This document shows positions 19,058 to 27,947 of a stretch of DNA of 64,000 nucleotides, in pieces; the first letter of the stretch is position 1, and the number at the start of each line of letters is the position of its first letter. A program made the translations under genes and the position numbers. The DNA comes from Hyalangium minutum (GTDB lineage: Bacteria > Myxococcota > Myxococcia > Myxococcales > Myxococcaceae), in contig NZ_JMCB01000022.1 in NCBI RefSeq assembly GCF_000737315.1, positions 157,106 to 221,105 of the forward strand, in the 5' to 3' direction. The notes below the pieces were generated by a model. It saw only the letters and a program-made list of their open reading frames with translations. It was not told the DNA's origin and did not search any database.

Positions 19058-19330
19058 TCAGGAGGGCGTTACGGGAAGTATCTCGTCCGGCCCGCGGAGC
19101 TCGAGAAGGTGGAGCAGTCCGTGGGTCCAGTCCACGGAGTACAAAACATGGAAGCCAGAAGGCAACTGACACTGTCGGGCTCCCTCTGCTTCGGCTGGAG
19201 AATCTTGCGGGCCGAGCAGCGGGCCCGAGAAAATTCCGCCCAGCTCATGCAGGACGCACTCGCGCACGGCCGCTGGGCATGCGGAGAGCACCCGCACAGC
19301 CTGGGGCGTGAGCTGGAGTCGGAAGGCCAT
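19058..19330 (-). CDS. Small RelE/ParE-fold-like protein (90 aa)
   Basis: MAFRLQLTPQAVRVLSACPAAVRECVLHEL...SGFHVLYSVDW..LLHLL parallels the RelE pattern; ends 6 nt before the histidine kinase GTG; AGGA shortly upstream. Confidence 0.6.
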   Translation of the reverse strand: MAFRLQLTPQAVRVLSACPAAVRECVLHELGGIFSGPLLGPQDSPAEAEGARQCQLPSGFHVLYSVDWTHGLLHLLELRGPDEILPVTPS

Positions 19331-19557
19331 CGGTCCTGTCCAAAATGAGCATGGCCCCAGGATCGATCAAGCGGCCCAGCGCCCTCTGAACACGAACGTC
19401 GAAGATCGAGCGGTGACCGGGCACCCGGGTGGGGCACGGAGCACCACCGCTGTAATAAACCGGACGATCGCCTCTGTACCCCTGGGGGCCCAGGCCCGCT
19501 GGATTGCTCAACTTGGACAGAGCCTGTACAGAGACTCTCCGTCCAGGGAGAGTCCGC

Positions 19558-20232
19558 ATGGCTGTCGAGCAGCTGCTCGTCGTAGAGGATGATCCGGCTT
19601 GGCGGGTGTCTCTGAGAGAGACGGCCCGCGCGGAAGGCTGCCTCGTGGAGGTGGCCCGGGACGGTGAGGAAGCGCTCTCGTACCTGAGCGACCGCGCGTG
19701 CCCCCGGCCCAACCTCGTGGTGATGGACCTCATGATGCCGCGGGTGGATGGATGGGAGCTCTATGGGCGGATGCGCGCCGATGAGGAGCTGCGCCACATC
19801 CCCGTGCTGATGATGTCGGTGGCGAACCAGCAGGTGAATCTGGGCGGCGTGGTGGGCTTCCTGCGCAAGACCGTGCCGCAGGACGTGATGCTCGGGGAGC
19901 TGCGCGAGCGCCTGCGCCGCTTCGATGTCCTGCCGCCCCCGGTCGGGACTTCGCAGCCCTACGCCTTGCGGTTCACCGAGGAGTCCGCGCTCGCGCTGGA
20001 CACGCTGCCCGGGCCCCTGCGCCAGTTGCTGCGCCAGCGCCTGTACCGCGCCGCGGAGCTGGCCGGGGGCGAGCTGCCACTGATGTCCACGTGGCTGATG
20101 GCGCTGCCCGGCACCCCGCCCTCGCTGCTGGTGACGTCGGAGGGTGTCCGCGTGGTGCTGGAGGTGGATGACGGAGCGCGCCAGCTCATCGCCTCCGTGG
20201 TCATCATCCCGCCGCACCTGCCGCGCTCCTGA
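19558..20232 (+). CDS. Response regulator with C-terminal RelE/ParE-like output domain
   Basis: Intact receiver (VVEDD, VMDLMMP, RKT); C-terminal YALRFTEESALALDTLPGPLRQLLRQRL...GVRVVLEVDD; GGAG RBS before ATG 19558. Confidence 0.8.
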   Translation: MAVEQLLVVEDDPAWRVSLRETARAEGCLVEVARDGEEALSYLSDRACPRPNLVVMDLMMPRVDGWELYGRMRADEELRHIPVLMMSVANQQVNLGGVVGFLRKTVPQDVMLGELRERLRRFDVLPPPVGTSQPYALRFTEESALALDTLPGPLRQLLRQRLYRAAELAGGELPLMSTWLMALPGTPPSLLVTSEGVRVVLEVDDGARQLIASVVIIPPHLPRS

Positions 20233-20253
20233 GGCCGCGGGCGGCTCCCGCGC

Positions 20254-23094
20254 TCATTGGATGGGCACGCGCCGCGCGGTGCCCTCACTCAAGTCCACCC
20301 GGAGCAGGCGGCCCGCACTGTCGAAGAGGAGCAGCTCGCTCCCCGAGAAGCGGGCCCGCACACGCGCCTCTCCCTCGAAGAGGAAGCGCGCCCGGGACGA
20401 ACCGGCCTTGCCGGTGAGCTTCACCTCGTGGCCCTCGGCGGCGCTCTCGATGAACAGCGTCCACGGCGGCGAGAACATCAGACCGTCCACCCTCACCACT
20501 TGGCCCGTAGCCGCGTCCAGGTTCACCATCGGCAGGCCGTCTCCCGGCCGGCGCGAGGCACGTGAGCGCAGCGTGGGTCCTCCGGGGAGCGCGTAGGTCC
20601 ACATCTGCGGATCGTCTCCCCAGGTGGCGAAGCGGAGTGACTCCGCGTCCGCCTCGAGCGCCACCACCGCGCCGCCCACTTGGGACACGCGCCAGAGCGC
20701 GCGCAGGCCGTCGGCGGCCAGCGCATCCACCGCCAGCACCGTGTCGGCCTCGGCCAGGAACCACAGGCTGCCGTCGTAGCTGGGGGCAAAGGCATCCACC
20801 TTCGCGTCGCACCAGTGCGTGGCGCGCCGGGGGCCGGGCTCGATGCGGGAGATGCGCTGGAGCTCTCCCCGAGGCGCCAGCGCCAACACCCGGTCCTCGT
20901 GCACCGAGGGTACCAGCGAGAAGGCGGGCACGTCGAAGTGCGCCGCGCAGCTGCCATCCGCGCGCACCAGCCGCACCCCCGCCTCGCCCAGCGCCAGCAG
21001 CACGCGCTGGCTCGACAGCGCCACCGCGTCATGGATGGGATAGGGACCGGCCTCGGTGGCGGAGATCCGCGCCTGCAACAGGGGCGCGTCGTGCTCGTCG
21101 GCCCAGCCGCGGCGCCGGGGATCCGCGATGGCCGGCAGGTCCGCTCGCAGCGTGCCGTCTCCCACGTCCCTCAGCAGGCGCGTGAGGAAGGCCGAGTCGA
21201 TGCGCGTGTGGTTCGCGGCCCGGTCCCTCAGCAGCGCGCGCACCGAGGGCCCCACCAGCGCCGCGCGAGGCTCCGAGCGCGGCTCGGAGGCGAGCACCTC
21301 CGAGAAGGCGAAGCGCTCCGCGGCGCGCTCCTGGCGCTCGTCCTCCAGCAGCTCCAGCGCCTGGGGCCGTGCCGCGTCGAAGGAGGCCGGGAAGGCCGAG
21401 ATGAGCCGGGCCAGGGCTCGCGCTCCGCCCACGCCTCCCACCGTGACGCCCTGCTCCAGCCAGGCGCGCGCCAGGGGACGGGCGTCCTCCAGCGGCCAGA
21501 CCACCACCGTGGCGCGCAGGTAGTCCCCAGCCTCGGCCAGCGTCTCCGCCCAGAGCAGGCGCAGCGTGCGCGCCTCGGCGGGGTGCGTGCGCTCCAGCCG
21601 CAGCACCGCGTCCGGGAAGGCCCCGCTGCGCCGGGCGATGGCCACCGCGCGCCGGAGATCCTTCGCGAGCAGCCACTGGCGCACCACCAGACCGGGTGGC
21701 AGTCCCCGCCCCTCCGCGAGCTCGGCCGCGAGCTTCAGGCGCCCGTGCTTCTCCAGGAAGGACACGGCCTCCTCGTGCGCGCCCAGCAGCTCGGTGAGGA
21801 CGAAGGCGGCCTCGTCGATGCGGCCCTCGCGCTCCAACTTCTTGAAGGCCGCGCGGTAGCGCTCCTTGAGCGCCGCGTAGATCTGCTGGCCCCCGCCGAA
21901 GACGGACGCGCCTCCGCCGCGCTGGGGTTGGATGGCGAGGCTCTCGCGCGGCCCCGGAAGTCCCAAGGCGATGCGCGCCGACTCCGACAACTTCTCATTC
22001 CCGAGCGGGATGGCGTAGCGCAGCGCCTCCTCAAGGTTACCCTGCTCGAACATGTCGAAGAGGCGCTGGACGTACTCCGCCTTGCGCTGCCCCAGCATCG
22101 GGCCCAGGGGGGTGTTCCGCAGCAGCCACTCGGAGAGGCGCGAGAAGAGCCCCGGGCCTCGTGGTGGGGGAGGCGTGGCGGGAGCTCCCGGCGACGAGCG
22201 GCCCCTGCTCGCCTCTCTCAGCCGCCCGAGCATGCGCGACAGCCACGAGGGCTTCACCTCTTGCTGGGCCTCACGGGCCTGGGCGGCCGAGCCCTTCCCC
22301 GAGGGCAGTGCGGGCCTGGCCGTGGCACCGGCTCCTCCGGAGCCCAGCGTGCGCTGGAGCCAGGACGCGAGCCGACGCAGGGCTGAGGGAGCGGTGCCAT
22401 CGGCGGAGGCCTTTCCGGCGCGGGCACTGGCGGTCTTCTGGGCCTCGGTGATGGGAGTGCCCTTCTCGCCTCGCAGCCACGCACTCAGCCGGTCCCACAG
22501 GGAGGCGCGCGCACCCATCGCCTTCGCGGCCTGAAGCCCCTGAGGCACCTCACGGCCTTCCATGCGCGCCCGCATGGCCTCGGCCTCGGGATCCGGAGGA
22601 GGAACACCTTGGAAGAGGCTGCGCGTGGGCTTCTCGACGGACTCCAGCACCTGCACGGGAGGCGGAGGCGCTCCGAGCCCCTTCACGGGAACAGGGGTCC
22701 AGCCGGAGACATCGAGCCACGCGGCCACGTCGATTCGCCGGGAGGGCTCCGCCGGGAACACCTCCGCGTGGCCCGCGAGCACCAGCACGAGCGAGCCAGG
22801 AGGCGGAGCCAAGCGCTCACGCTCCACGGCCGAGAGTGGCGCGGACAGCAGCACGCCATGCTCCAGCGTGAGGGGCAGCCCGGGAGCGGTCTCACAGTCC
22901 ACCGGCCGGGGCCGGGGCAGCCGCAGGAGGAAGCCGCCCGCCAGCGCGAAGACGGTGGTGCCCGGCGTCCACGCGGCGAGCACGCGGCTTCGGACGCCGC
23001 GCTCCCCGAGCAGCGAGGGAGCAAACCAAAAGGCGGCCGCCACCACGTGGCCGCGGTGGAGGTGCAGCCGGGGCCTGAGGGGAGACGCGCTCAC
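20254..23094 (-). CDS. bpX6-like domain protein of a MoxR-vWA-beta-propeller ternary system
   Basis: N-terminal RPRLHLHRGHVVAAAFWF recalled as bpX6-like, central alpha-solenoid, C-terminal propeller-like repeats; GTG overlaps the upstream stop (GTGA). Confidence 0.7.
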   Translation of the reverse strand: MSASPLRPRLHLHRGHVVAAAFWFAPSLLGERGVRSRVLAAWTPGTTVFALAGGFLLRLPRPRPVDCETAPGLPLTLEHGVLLSAPLSAVERERLAPPPGSLVLVLAGHAEVFPAEPSRRIDVAAWLDVSGWTPVPVKGLGAPPPPVQVLESVEKPTRSLFQGVPPPDPEAEAMRARMEGREVPQGLQAAKAMGARASLWDRLSAWLRGEKGTPITEAQKTASARAGKASADGTAPSALRRLASWLQRTLGSGGAGATARPALPSGKGSAAQAREAQQEVKPSWLSRMLGRLREASRGRSSPGAPATPPPPRGPGLFSRLSEWLLRNTPLGPMLGQRKAEYVQRLFDMFEQGNLEEALRYAIPLGNEKLSESARIALGLPGPRESLAIQPQRGGGASVFGGGQQIYAALKERYRAAFKKLEREGRIDEAAFVLTELLGAHEEAVSFLEKHGRLKLAAELAEGRGLPPGLVVRQWLLAKDLRRAVAIARRSGAFPDAVLRLERTHPAEARTLRLLWAETLAEAGDYLRATVVVWPLEDARPLARAWLEQGVTVGGVGGARALARLISAFPASFDAARPQALELLEDERQERAAERFAFSEVLASEPRSEPRAALVGPSVRALLRDRAANHTRIDSAFLTRLLRDVGDGTLRADLPAIADPRRRGWADEHDAPLLQARISATEAGPYPIHDAVALSSQRVLLALGEAGVRLVRADGSCAAHFDVPAFSLVPSVHEDRVLALAPRGELQRISRIEPGPRRATHWCDAKVDAFAPSYDGSLWFLAEADTVLAVDALAADGLRALWRVSQVGGAVVALEADAESLRFATWGDDPQMWTYALPGGPTLRSRASRRPGDGLPMVNLDAATGQVVRVDGLMFSPPWTLFIESAAEGHEVKLTGKAGSSRARFLFEGEARVRARFSGSELLLFDSAGRLLRVDLSEGTARRVPIQ

Positions 23095-24887
23095 GAGCCC
23101 ACCTCGGGTGCTGCGCGGTAGAGGGCCATGCCCTGAGTGAGGCTCCACACCAGGAGCTCTCCTTTCACCGTGAGCCACGTGAGCACGGGCAGGCCATGGC
23201 TCACGGCGGAGTGCACCACGTCATCCGAGGCACGCGCCACCACCTGGCTCTCACTGATGCCCACCAGAGAGAAGGTGCGCCGATCTTGCCCGAGCAACAC
23301 CAGCGCCGGAGCCCGGCTCTCCGTGTTGAAGGTGGCCACTCCCACCACGCGCGAGCCCACGGGTACATAGATTGGAAGGTTGCCCTTCGCGAGCAGCACC
23401 TGCCAGGTGCCAGGCTTGTGGCGCAGCGCGAGCAACCCAGCCTCGGGGTGGCCCCCCATGGCCGCATGATGGCCGAGGAACGCGTCACCATCTCCTGGCC
23501 CGAGCGGCAGGTGGCGCTGTTGGTGGTCCTCCAGGATCCCCAGCCACACGCCATCCATCGAGGAGCCCGGCTGAGGCGTCATCACGAAGACCGGCTTGCG
23601 ATTCACCTCGGCAAGGGCACTGGTCTGGCTGGACAGCAGCGCCGGGCCTTGCTGGCTGACGATGAAGAGGCGGCCCTCGCTGTCGCGCACCACGATGCGC
23701 TCGCGGCCGCCCTCGACAATCGAGGTGGCGAGCCCCGGAGCATGATTCGCCGGAGGAGCGTCCGGCAGCAGCCCCTCGTAGCCCAGATAGGGGATGCCGC
23801 GAGGCCGGTAGCCACCGGGTGCGCTCTTCACGCCACCGTGGACCCACAGGACCTTGTCGTCGCGGGTGAGCACGAGCAGCCCGCCATTGCGGCGCCAGCC
23901 AGCGGCCACCAGCCGGTGCCCATCGGGAGGCTGGAAGCGCCGGGGCTTGGGCGTGGTGGCGCGCGCCGAGTGCGGAATGGGTTGTGCGGCCACGCCCCCA
24001 TCCTGGCGGATGAAGATGAGCCGCGTGCCATCCGCGGAGAAGAAGAACGACCGGAAGCGGCCCGCGCTGCTCAGCCGCACCGGCTTCGGAGCACGCGTGC
24101 TGAACGGATCCCGAAGCAGCCGCACGCAGTCGTCCGCGGGAGGCAGCTCCAGCTCCACGGAGGTGGGAGCGCGGGCGATGCGCCGCACGGCGACCGAGAG
24201 CCGGCGGACGCTCGGGGCCACCACCTCTTCCACCTCGATGCGGGACAGCTTCGAGGCCTCGCTCAGACGGCCGAGGCGCGAGCTCCCCACGAGCCACGCG
24301 TCCTCCGGCGCCGAGCCCAGCTCCAGCGCCTCGCGCCACCGGGCCACGTGGGCATCCGTAACGGGGGCTGCGGTGCGGGCGGCGAGCCAGGTCTGGATGC
24401 TGGCGGGAGTCACAGCGTTGAAGGGCACGCGCCCGGACGAGTCCTGGAGCACGCACCAGGCGAACTCGGCACCGGCGGCCTCGGCGCGGCGCTGCAGCAC
24501 GACGAGCGTCGCGAGGTGGGCGATGCGAGGGGAGCCCAGCTGATCCGGCCCCGCGTCCAGCAGCGCCACGGTGCGCCGGGAGCCCTGAGGCTGCTTGAAG
24601 GCGGGCTTGAGGAAGGCGTGCTCGCCGAAGGCCGCGCGGCGGATGAACTCGTCGGGAGACTCCAGGGCGTAGAGCCACTCGGTGAGCAGGAGCCGCTCGT
24701 AGGGGCCACGGCGGGTGAGCCCGTCATAGCCCTGGGGCTCGCCGCCCTCCGTCTCACCGCGAGGCCGGAGCGCGCCGATTGCCGCCGCGAGCCGCGCCAC
24801 ATAGGGCCCCAGGCTGAGCGCGAGCTCCTCCGGGAAGAGAGAGAGCTGCAACGCCCACGGACGCAGCGGGGCAGGCAGTTGGCTCAC
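23091..24887 (-). CDS. Divergent vWA-like plus beta-propeller component of the ternary system
   Basis: GEPQGYDGLTRRGPYERLLLTEW and VALLDAGPDQLGSPRIAHLA (degenerate MIDAS-like); beta-rich C-terminus; GTG start overlaps the upstream stop. Confidence 0.7.
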   Translation of the reverse strand: MSQLPAPLRPWALQLSLFPEELALSLGPYVARLAAAIGALRPRGETEGGEPQGYDGLTRRGPYERLLLTEWLYALESPDEFIRRAAFGEHAFLKPAFKQPQGSRRTVALLDAGPDQLGSPRIAHLATLVVLQRRAEAAGAEFAWCVLQDSSGRVPFNAVTPASIQTWLAARTAAPVTDAHVARWREALELGSAPEDAWLVGSSRLGRLSEASKLSRIEVEEVVAPSVRRLSVAVRRIARAPTSVELELPPADDCVRLLRDPFSTRAPKPVRLSSAGRFRSFFFSADGTRLIFIRQDGGVAAQPIPHSARATTPKPRRFQPPDGHRLVAAGWRRNGGLLVLTRDDKVLWVHGGVKSAPGGYRPRGIPYLGYEGLLPDAPPANHAPGLATSIVEGGRERIVVRDSEGRLFIVSQQGPALLSSQTSALAEVNRKPVFVMTPQPGSSMDGVWLGILEDHQQRHLPLGPGDGDAFLGHHAAMGGHPEAGLLALRHKPGTWQVLLAKGNLPIYVPVGSRVVGVATFNTESRAPALVLLGQDRRTFSLVGISESQVVARASDDVVHSAVSHGLPVLTWLTVKGELLVWSLTQGMALYRAAPEVGS

Positions 24888-25339
24888 GGCGAGCCCTCCT
24901 CGGTCTTCAGCCACGAGGCCAGCGTCACACGGGCCACGGGCCGCGCGGCCCCCAGGGGGATGAGGAGCCCCGGGCGCGGGAGCACGGCGAGCGGTGTCCC
25001 CGAGGCGGCGTGAGCCACGAGCGCCCGCTCGAGCAGCGCAGGTGCCACATCGGAGGCGAGCGCGCACGGCAGCAGCAGCGAGGGCGCAGCGGCATCCTTC
25101 CCCAGGTACACGGCGCCATCCACCCAGGGCAGGGAGTCCGTCTGTCCCAGCAACACCAGCACGCCTGGGCCCGCCACCCCACTCCACGCGCCGAGCTGCT
25201 TCTCCTCGGCGGCCAGAGCCCTCCGCGCGAGCGCGAGCGCCACCGGCCCCACACCCGCGACAGCGAGTGCAGTCAACGGCTCGGACCGGGGACTCCACGT
25301 CACCGGCAGCCGCGCAGGAGCTGGAGTCAGCCCGCCCAT
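24884..25339 (-). CDS. bpX5-like domain protein
   Basis: LPVTWSPRSEPL...LPWVDGAVYLGKD..APSLLLP recalled as bpX5-like; translationally coupled on both sides. Confidence 0.65.
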   Translation of the reverse strand: MGGLTPAPARLPVTWSPRSEPLTALAVAGVGPVALALARRALAAEEKQLGAWSGVAGPGVLVLLGQTDSLPWVDGAVYLGKDAAAPSLLLPCALASDVAPALLERALVAHAASGTPLAVLPRPGLLIPLGAARPVARVTLASWLKTEEGSP

Positions 25340-26502
25340 CACGCCTGCGCCACGGCCTGGGCCGGGCCTTCAATGGCCGCGCGAATCTCCTCTCGCAGCA
25401 CCTGGAGATCCGGCGGCAGCGCCTCGGGAGCAAAGCCCGCGTCCATCTCGCGCACCACGCCCTCGAGCTTGAGCCGCCACGCCGCGTAGTCCTCTGCGGC
25501 GCCGCTCACGGGCACCTGGTTCATCACCTCGCGCCCGGCCCGAGCAATGCGCTGGGCTCGCGCCAGAGGGCCCGCGCTCGCCTCCAGCGCCGCCGCCGCG
25601 AGCGCCGGGTTCTCCGTGGCGGCCAGCAAGTCGCGCAGCACCTCGCGCGCCAGGGCCTGCCCCTCCTTGGTCGGCACCGCGTAGATGAGCGGCCACAGAT
25701 CCGCCACGCCTGGAGACTGCCGCCCTGCCAGCGCCGCCGCGGCCGCCATGAGCCGCTGCACCTTCACCGCGCGCCGGTCCGACAGCCCGATACCTGCCGC
25801 TCTCAGCATGCGCAGCGCATGCGCCAGGTGCGGGCGCACCGGAGCGAGGTCCGCCTCCTGCGCCACCCGCGCCAGCACATCCAGCGCCTCCAGCGAGGCC
25901 TTCCGTGCCTCTACCTCGCGCCAGAGCGAGGCCCCGCCCGCCAGCAGCTCCTCCAGCTGCGGATCCGGCACGGGCTCCACATAGATGCGCGCCAGGAACC
26001 GGTCCGCGAACGCCGCCAGCGACTCCTCCTCGGGCAGCGCGTTGGAGGCGCCCACACACACCCGCAGGGGCACCTTCATCCGCGTATGTCCCCGCCGGAA
26101 GGTGCGCTCATTGAGCACCCCGAGCAGCGTGTTGAGAATGGCGGTGGAGCCGAGGAACACCTCGTCCAGGAAGGCGACCTCGGCCTCGGGCAGCATGCCG
26201 GTGGTCTCCGTCTCCACGGTGCCCTCGCGCAGCTTGCGCAGATCCACCGGGCCGAAAATCTCGGAGGGCTCGGTGAAGCGGCCAAGCAAGTACTCGAAGT
26301 AGCTGCCCCCCAGGGCCCGCGCGGTGCGGCGGACGGCCTCGCTCTTGGCGGTACCGGGCGGGCCGATGACGAGCAGGTGCTCACCGGCCACGGCGGACAG
26401 CGCCACCAGCTCCACCATGGCCTCGCGCTCGACCAGGCCCCGGCCCGCGTCGGCGAGGGCATCCCGGAGCGAACCGGCAGCCTCTTCAAAAGTCAGGGAC
26501 AT
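25339..26502 (-). CDS. MoxR/RavA-family AAA+ ATPase
   Basis: Walker A GPPGTAKS, EPSEIFGP, Walker B FLDE, GASN, FADRF. Confidence 0.93.
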   Translation of the reverse strand: MSLTFEEAAGSLRDALADAGRGLVEREAMVELVALSAVAGEHLLVIGPPGTAKSEAVRRTARALGGSYFEYLLGRFTEPSEIFGPVDLRKLREGTVETETTGMLPEAEVAFLDEVFLGSTAILNTLLGVLNERTFRRGHTRMKVPLRVCVGASNALPEEESLAAFADRFLARIYVEPVPDPQLEELLAGGASLWREVEARKASLEALDVLARVAQEADLAPVRPHLAHALRMLRAAGIGLSDRRAVKVQRLMAAAAALAGRQSPGVADLWPLIYAVPTKEGQALAREVLRDLLAATENPALAAAALEASAGPLARAQRIARAGREVMNQVPVSGAAEDYAAWRLKLEGVVREMDAGFAPEALPPDLQVLREEIRAAIEGPAQAVAQA

Positions 26503-26600
26503 GGCGCGCAGTGTACGAGGCCGGACGCCCGATTCCGAACGCTGACTCAGACCGGGGGGGCGGTGGACCGGCCCCCGCCCCTGTGGGCTAGTCTTCCCGG

Positions 26601-27194
26601 GTGATGCGACGTTCAAGAGAGTTCGGGACCTTCATCGCGGTGCTCCTCTGGGCAGCGGTGGCCCAGGCAGGCGAGTGGCGCGGGTACCTCGGGCTGGGCG
26701 CCGGCATGGCGCTGGACCGCTACAGCGAGTGGGACGCCAAGGGCGCCGCCATCAACGTGTACTTCGGGGTCGAGGCTCCCATTGGCCTCTCCGTGGGCGT
26801 CTACGCCGAGGCCGCGGAGACGTGGGGCCAGAAGTTTGAGGACCTACAACAGAGCTCCTCCAGCCGGGTGCAGCTGGACTACCGGCAATACGGCCTGGAG
26901 GTGCGCTTCCGCGGGTTCCGGGAGCGGATGATCTCTCCATGGGTGTCGCTCCGGCTGGCCCGCAGCACCTCCACGCCGCAGACGCCGGACGAGTTCGGCC
27001 AGCTGGTGCGCCAGGAGTTCCAGGCCCTGGGTGGGGCGGTGCGCTTCGGGCTGGACTGGTGGCTGGGGATGAACTGGGGCATCACCGGGGCCACGTCCTG
27101 GCAGTGGTGCGACGTGCGCTACGAGAAGGAGTCCGTGCGCGAGTGCGCCAAGCCCATCAACACCCTCCTCCTGGGGCCCACTGTTCGCTTCTGA
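26601..27194 (+). CDS. Small outer-membrane beta-barrel protein
   Basis: Signal peptide ending AQA, alternating hydrophobic strands, C-terminal Phe (GPTVRF). Confidence 0.7.
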   Translation: MMRRSREFGTFIAVLLWAAVAQAGEWRGYLGLGAGMALDRYSEWDAKGAAINVYFGVEAPIGLSVGVYAEAAETWGQKFEDLQQSSSSRVQLDYRQYGLEVRFRGFRERMISPWVSLRLARSTSTPQTPDEFGQLVRQEFQALGGAVRFGLDWWLGMNWGITGATSWQWCDVRYEKESVRECAKPINTLLLGPTVRF

Positions 27195-27226
27195 CTTGCC
27201 GCGTCAGGCGCTAAGGTGATGCGCCT

Positions 27227-27940
27227 ATGAACCGCGAATATCACCGTTGGTACAGCCACCGCCTGGGCCGAGAGATGGAGCTGCTGCTCTACGGGCACGG
27301 CGGAGAGCCGGTGATTCTGCTGCCCACGAGCCGGGGCCGCTTCTACCAGAACGAGGACTTCGGGCTGGTGGGGGCCCTCGCGGATCGGATTCAGGCAGGC
27401 CGCTACCTGGTGGTGTGCCCGGACGGCATCGACGAGGAGAGCTGGCTCAACAGGTGGGCGCACCCGCATGACCGGGTGGCCCGGCACGAGGCCTATGAGG
27501 GCTACCTCCTCCACGAGGTGGTGCCGCTGGTGAGGAGCCGCAGCAGCGGTGGCCGGCTGACGCTGGGCGGCTGCAGCTTCGGCGGCTTCCATACGTTCAA
27601 CACGGGGCTGCGCCACCCGCGCGTCTTCCAGCGGCTGCTCTCCCTGAGCGGCAAGTTCGAGACGGAGCCGTTCCTCGACGGCTACCACGACGAGAAGGTG
27701 TACTTTCACTCGTGCCTGCAGTGGCTGCCGAACGTGTCGGACTGGGGCCAGCTGCACGCGCTTCAGCAGGTGGAGATGATCCTCGCCGCGGGCGAGCACG
27801 ACTTCTGCCGCGGCTCCAACGAGAACCTCTCGAAGTTGCTGTGGCAGAAGGACATCGGCAACCACCTGGCCATCTGGGGCGGCGGCATCCACGACTGGCC
27901 CACGTGGCGGGACATGATCCGGACGTACCTGCCCTGGTAA
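27227..27940 (+). CDS. Putative esterase (alpha/beta hydrolase)
   Basis: GCSFG nucleophile elbow, GEHD, C-terminal HDW. Confidence 0.88.
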   Translation: MNREYHRWYSHRLGREMELLLYGHGGEPVILLPTSRGRFYQNEDFGLVGALADRIQAGRYLVVCPDGIDEESWLNRWAHPHDRVARHEAYEGYLLHEVVPLVRSRSSGGRLTLGGCSFGGFHTFNTGLRHPRVFQRLLSLSGKFETEPFLDGYHDEKVYFHSCLQWLPNVSDWGQLHALQQVEMILAAGEHDFCRGSNENLSKLLWQKDIGNHLAIWGGGIHDWPTWRDMIRTYLPW

Positions 27941-27947
27941 CCCCCGC

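Noticed and set aside
19058-20232. Classical type II RelBE/ParDE toxin-antitoxin operon
   Set aside because: No antitoxin-like ORF lies upstream of either RelE-like gene, and the two genes are divergent; reported instead as a signalling-linked variant.
27227-27940. Stand-alone esterase as part of a peptide-ligase cluster
   Set aside because: No ATP-grasp or carboxylate-amine ligase neighbours are present here; treated as an ordinary gene.
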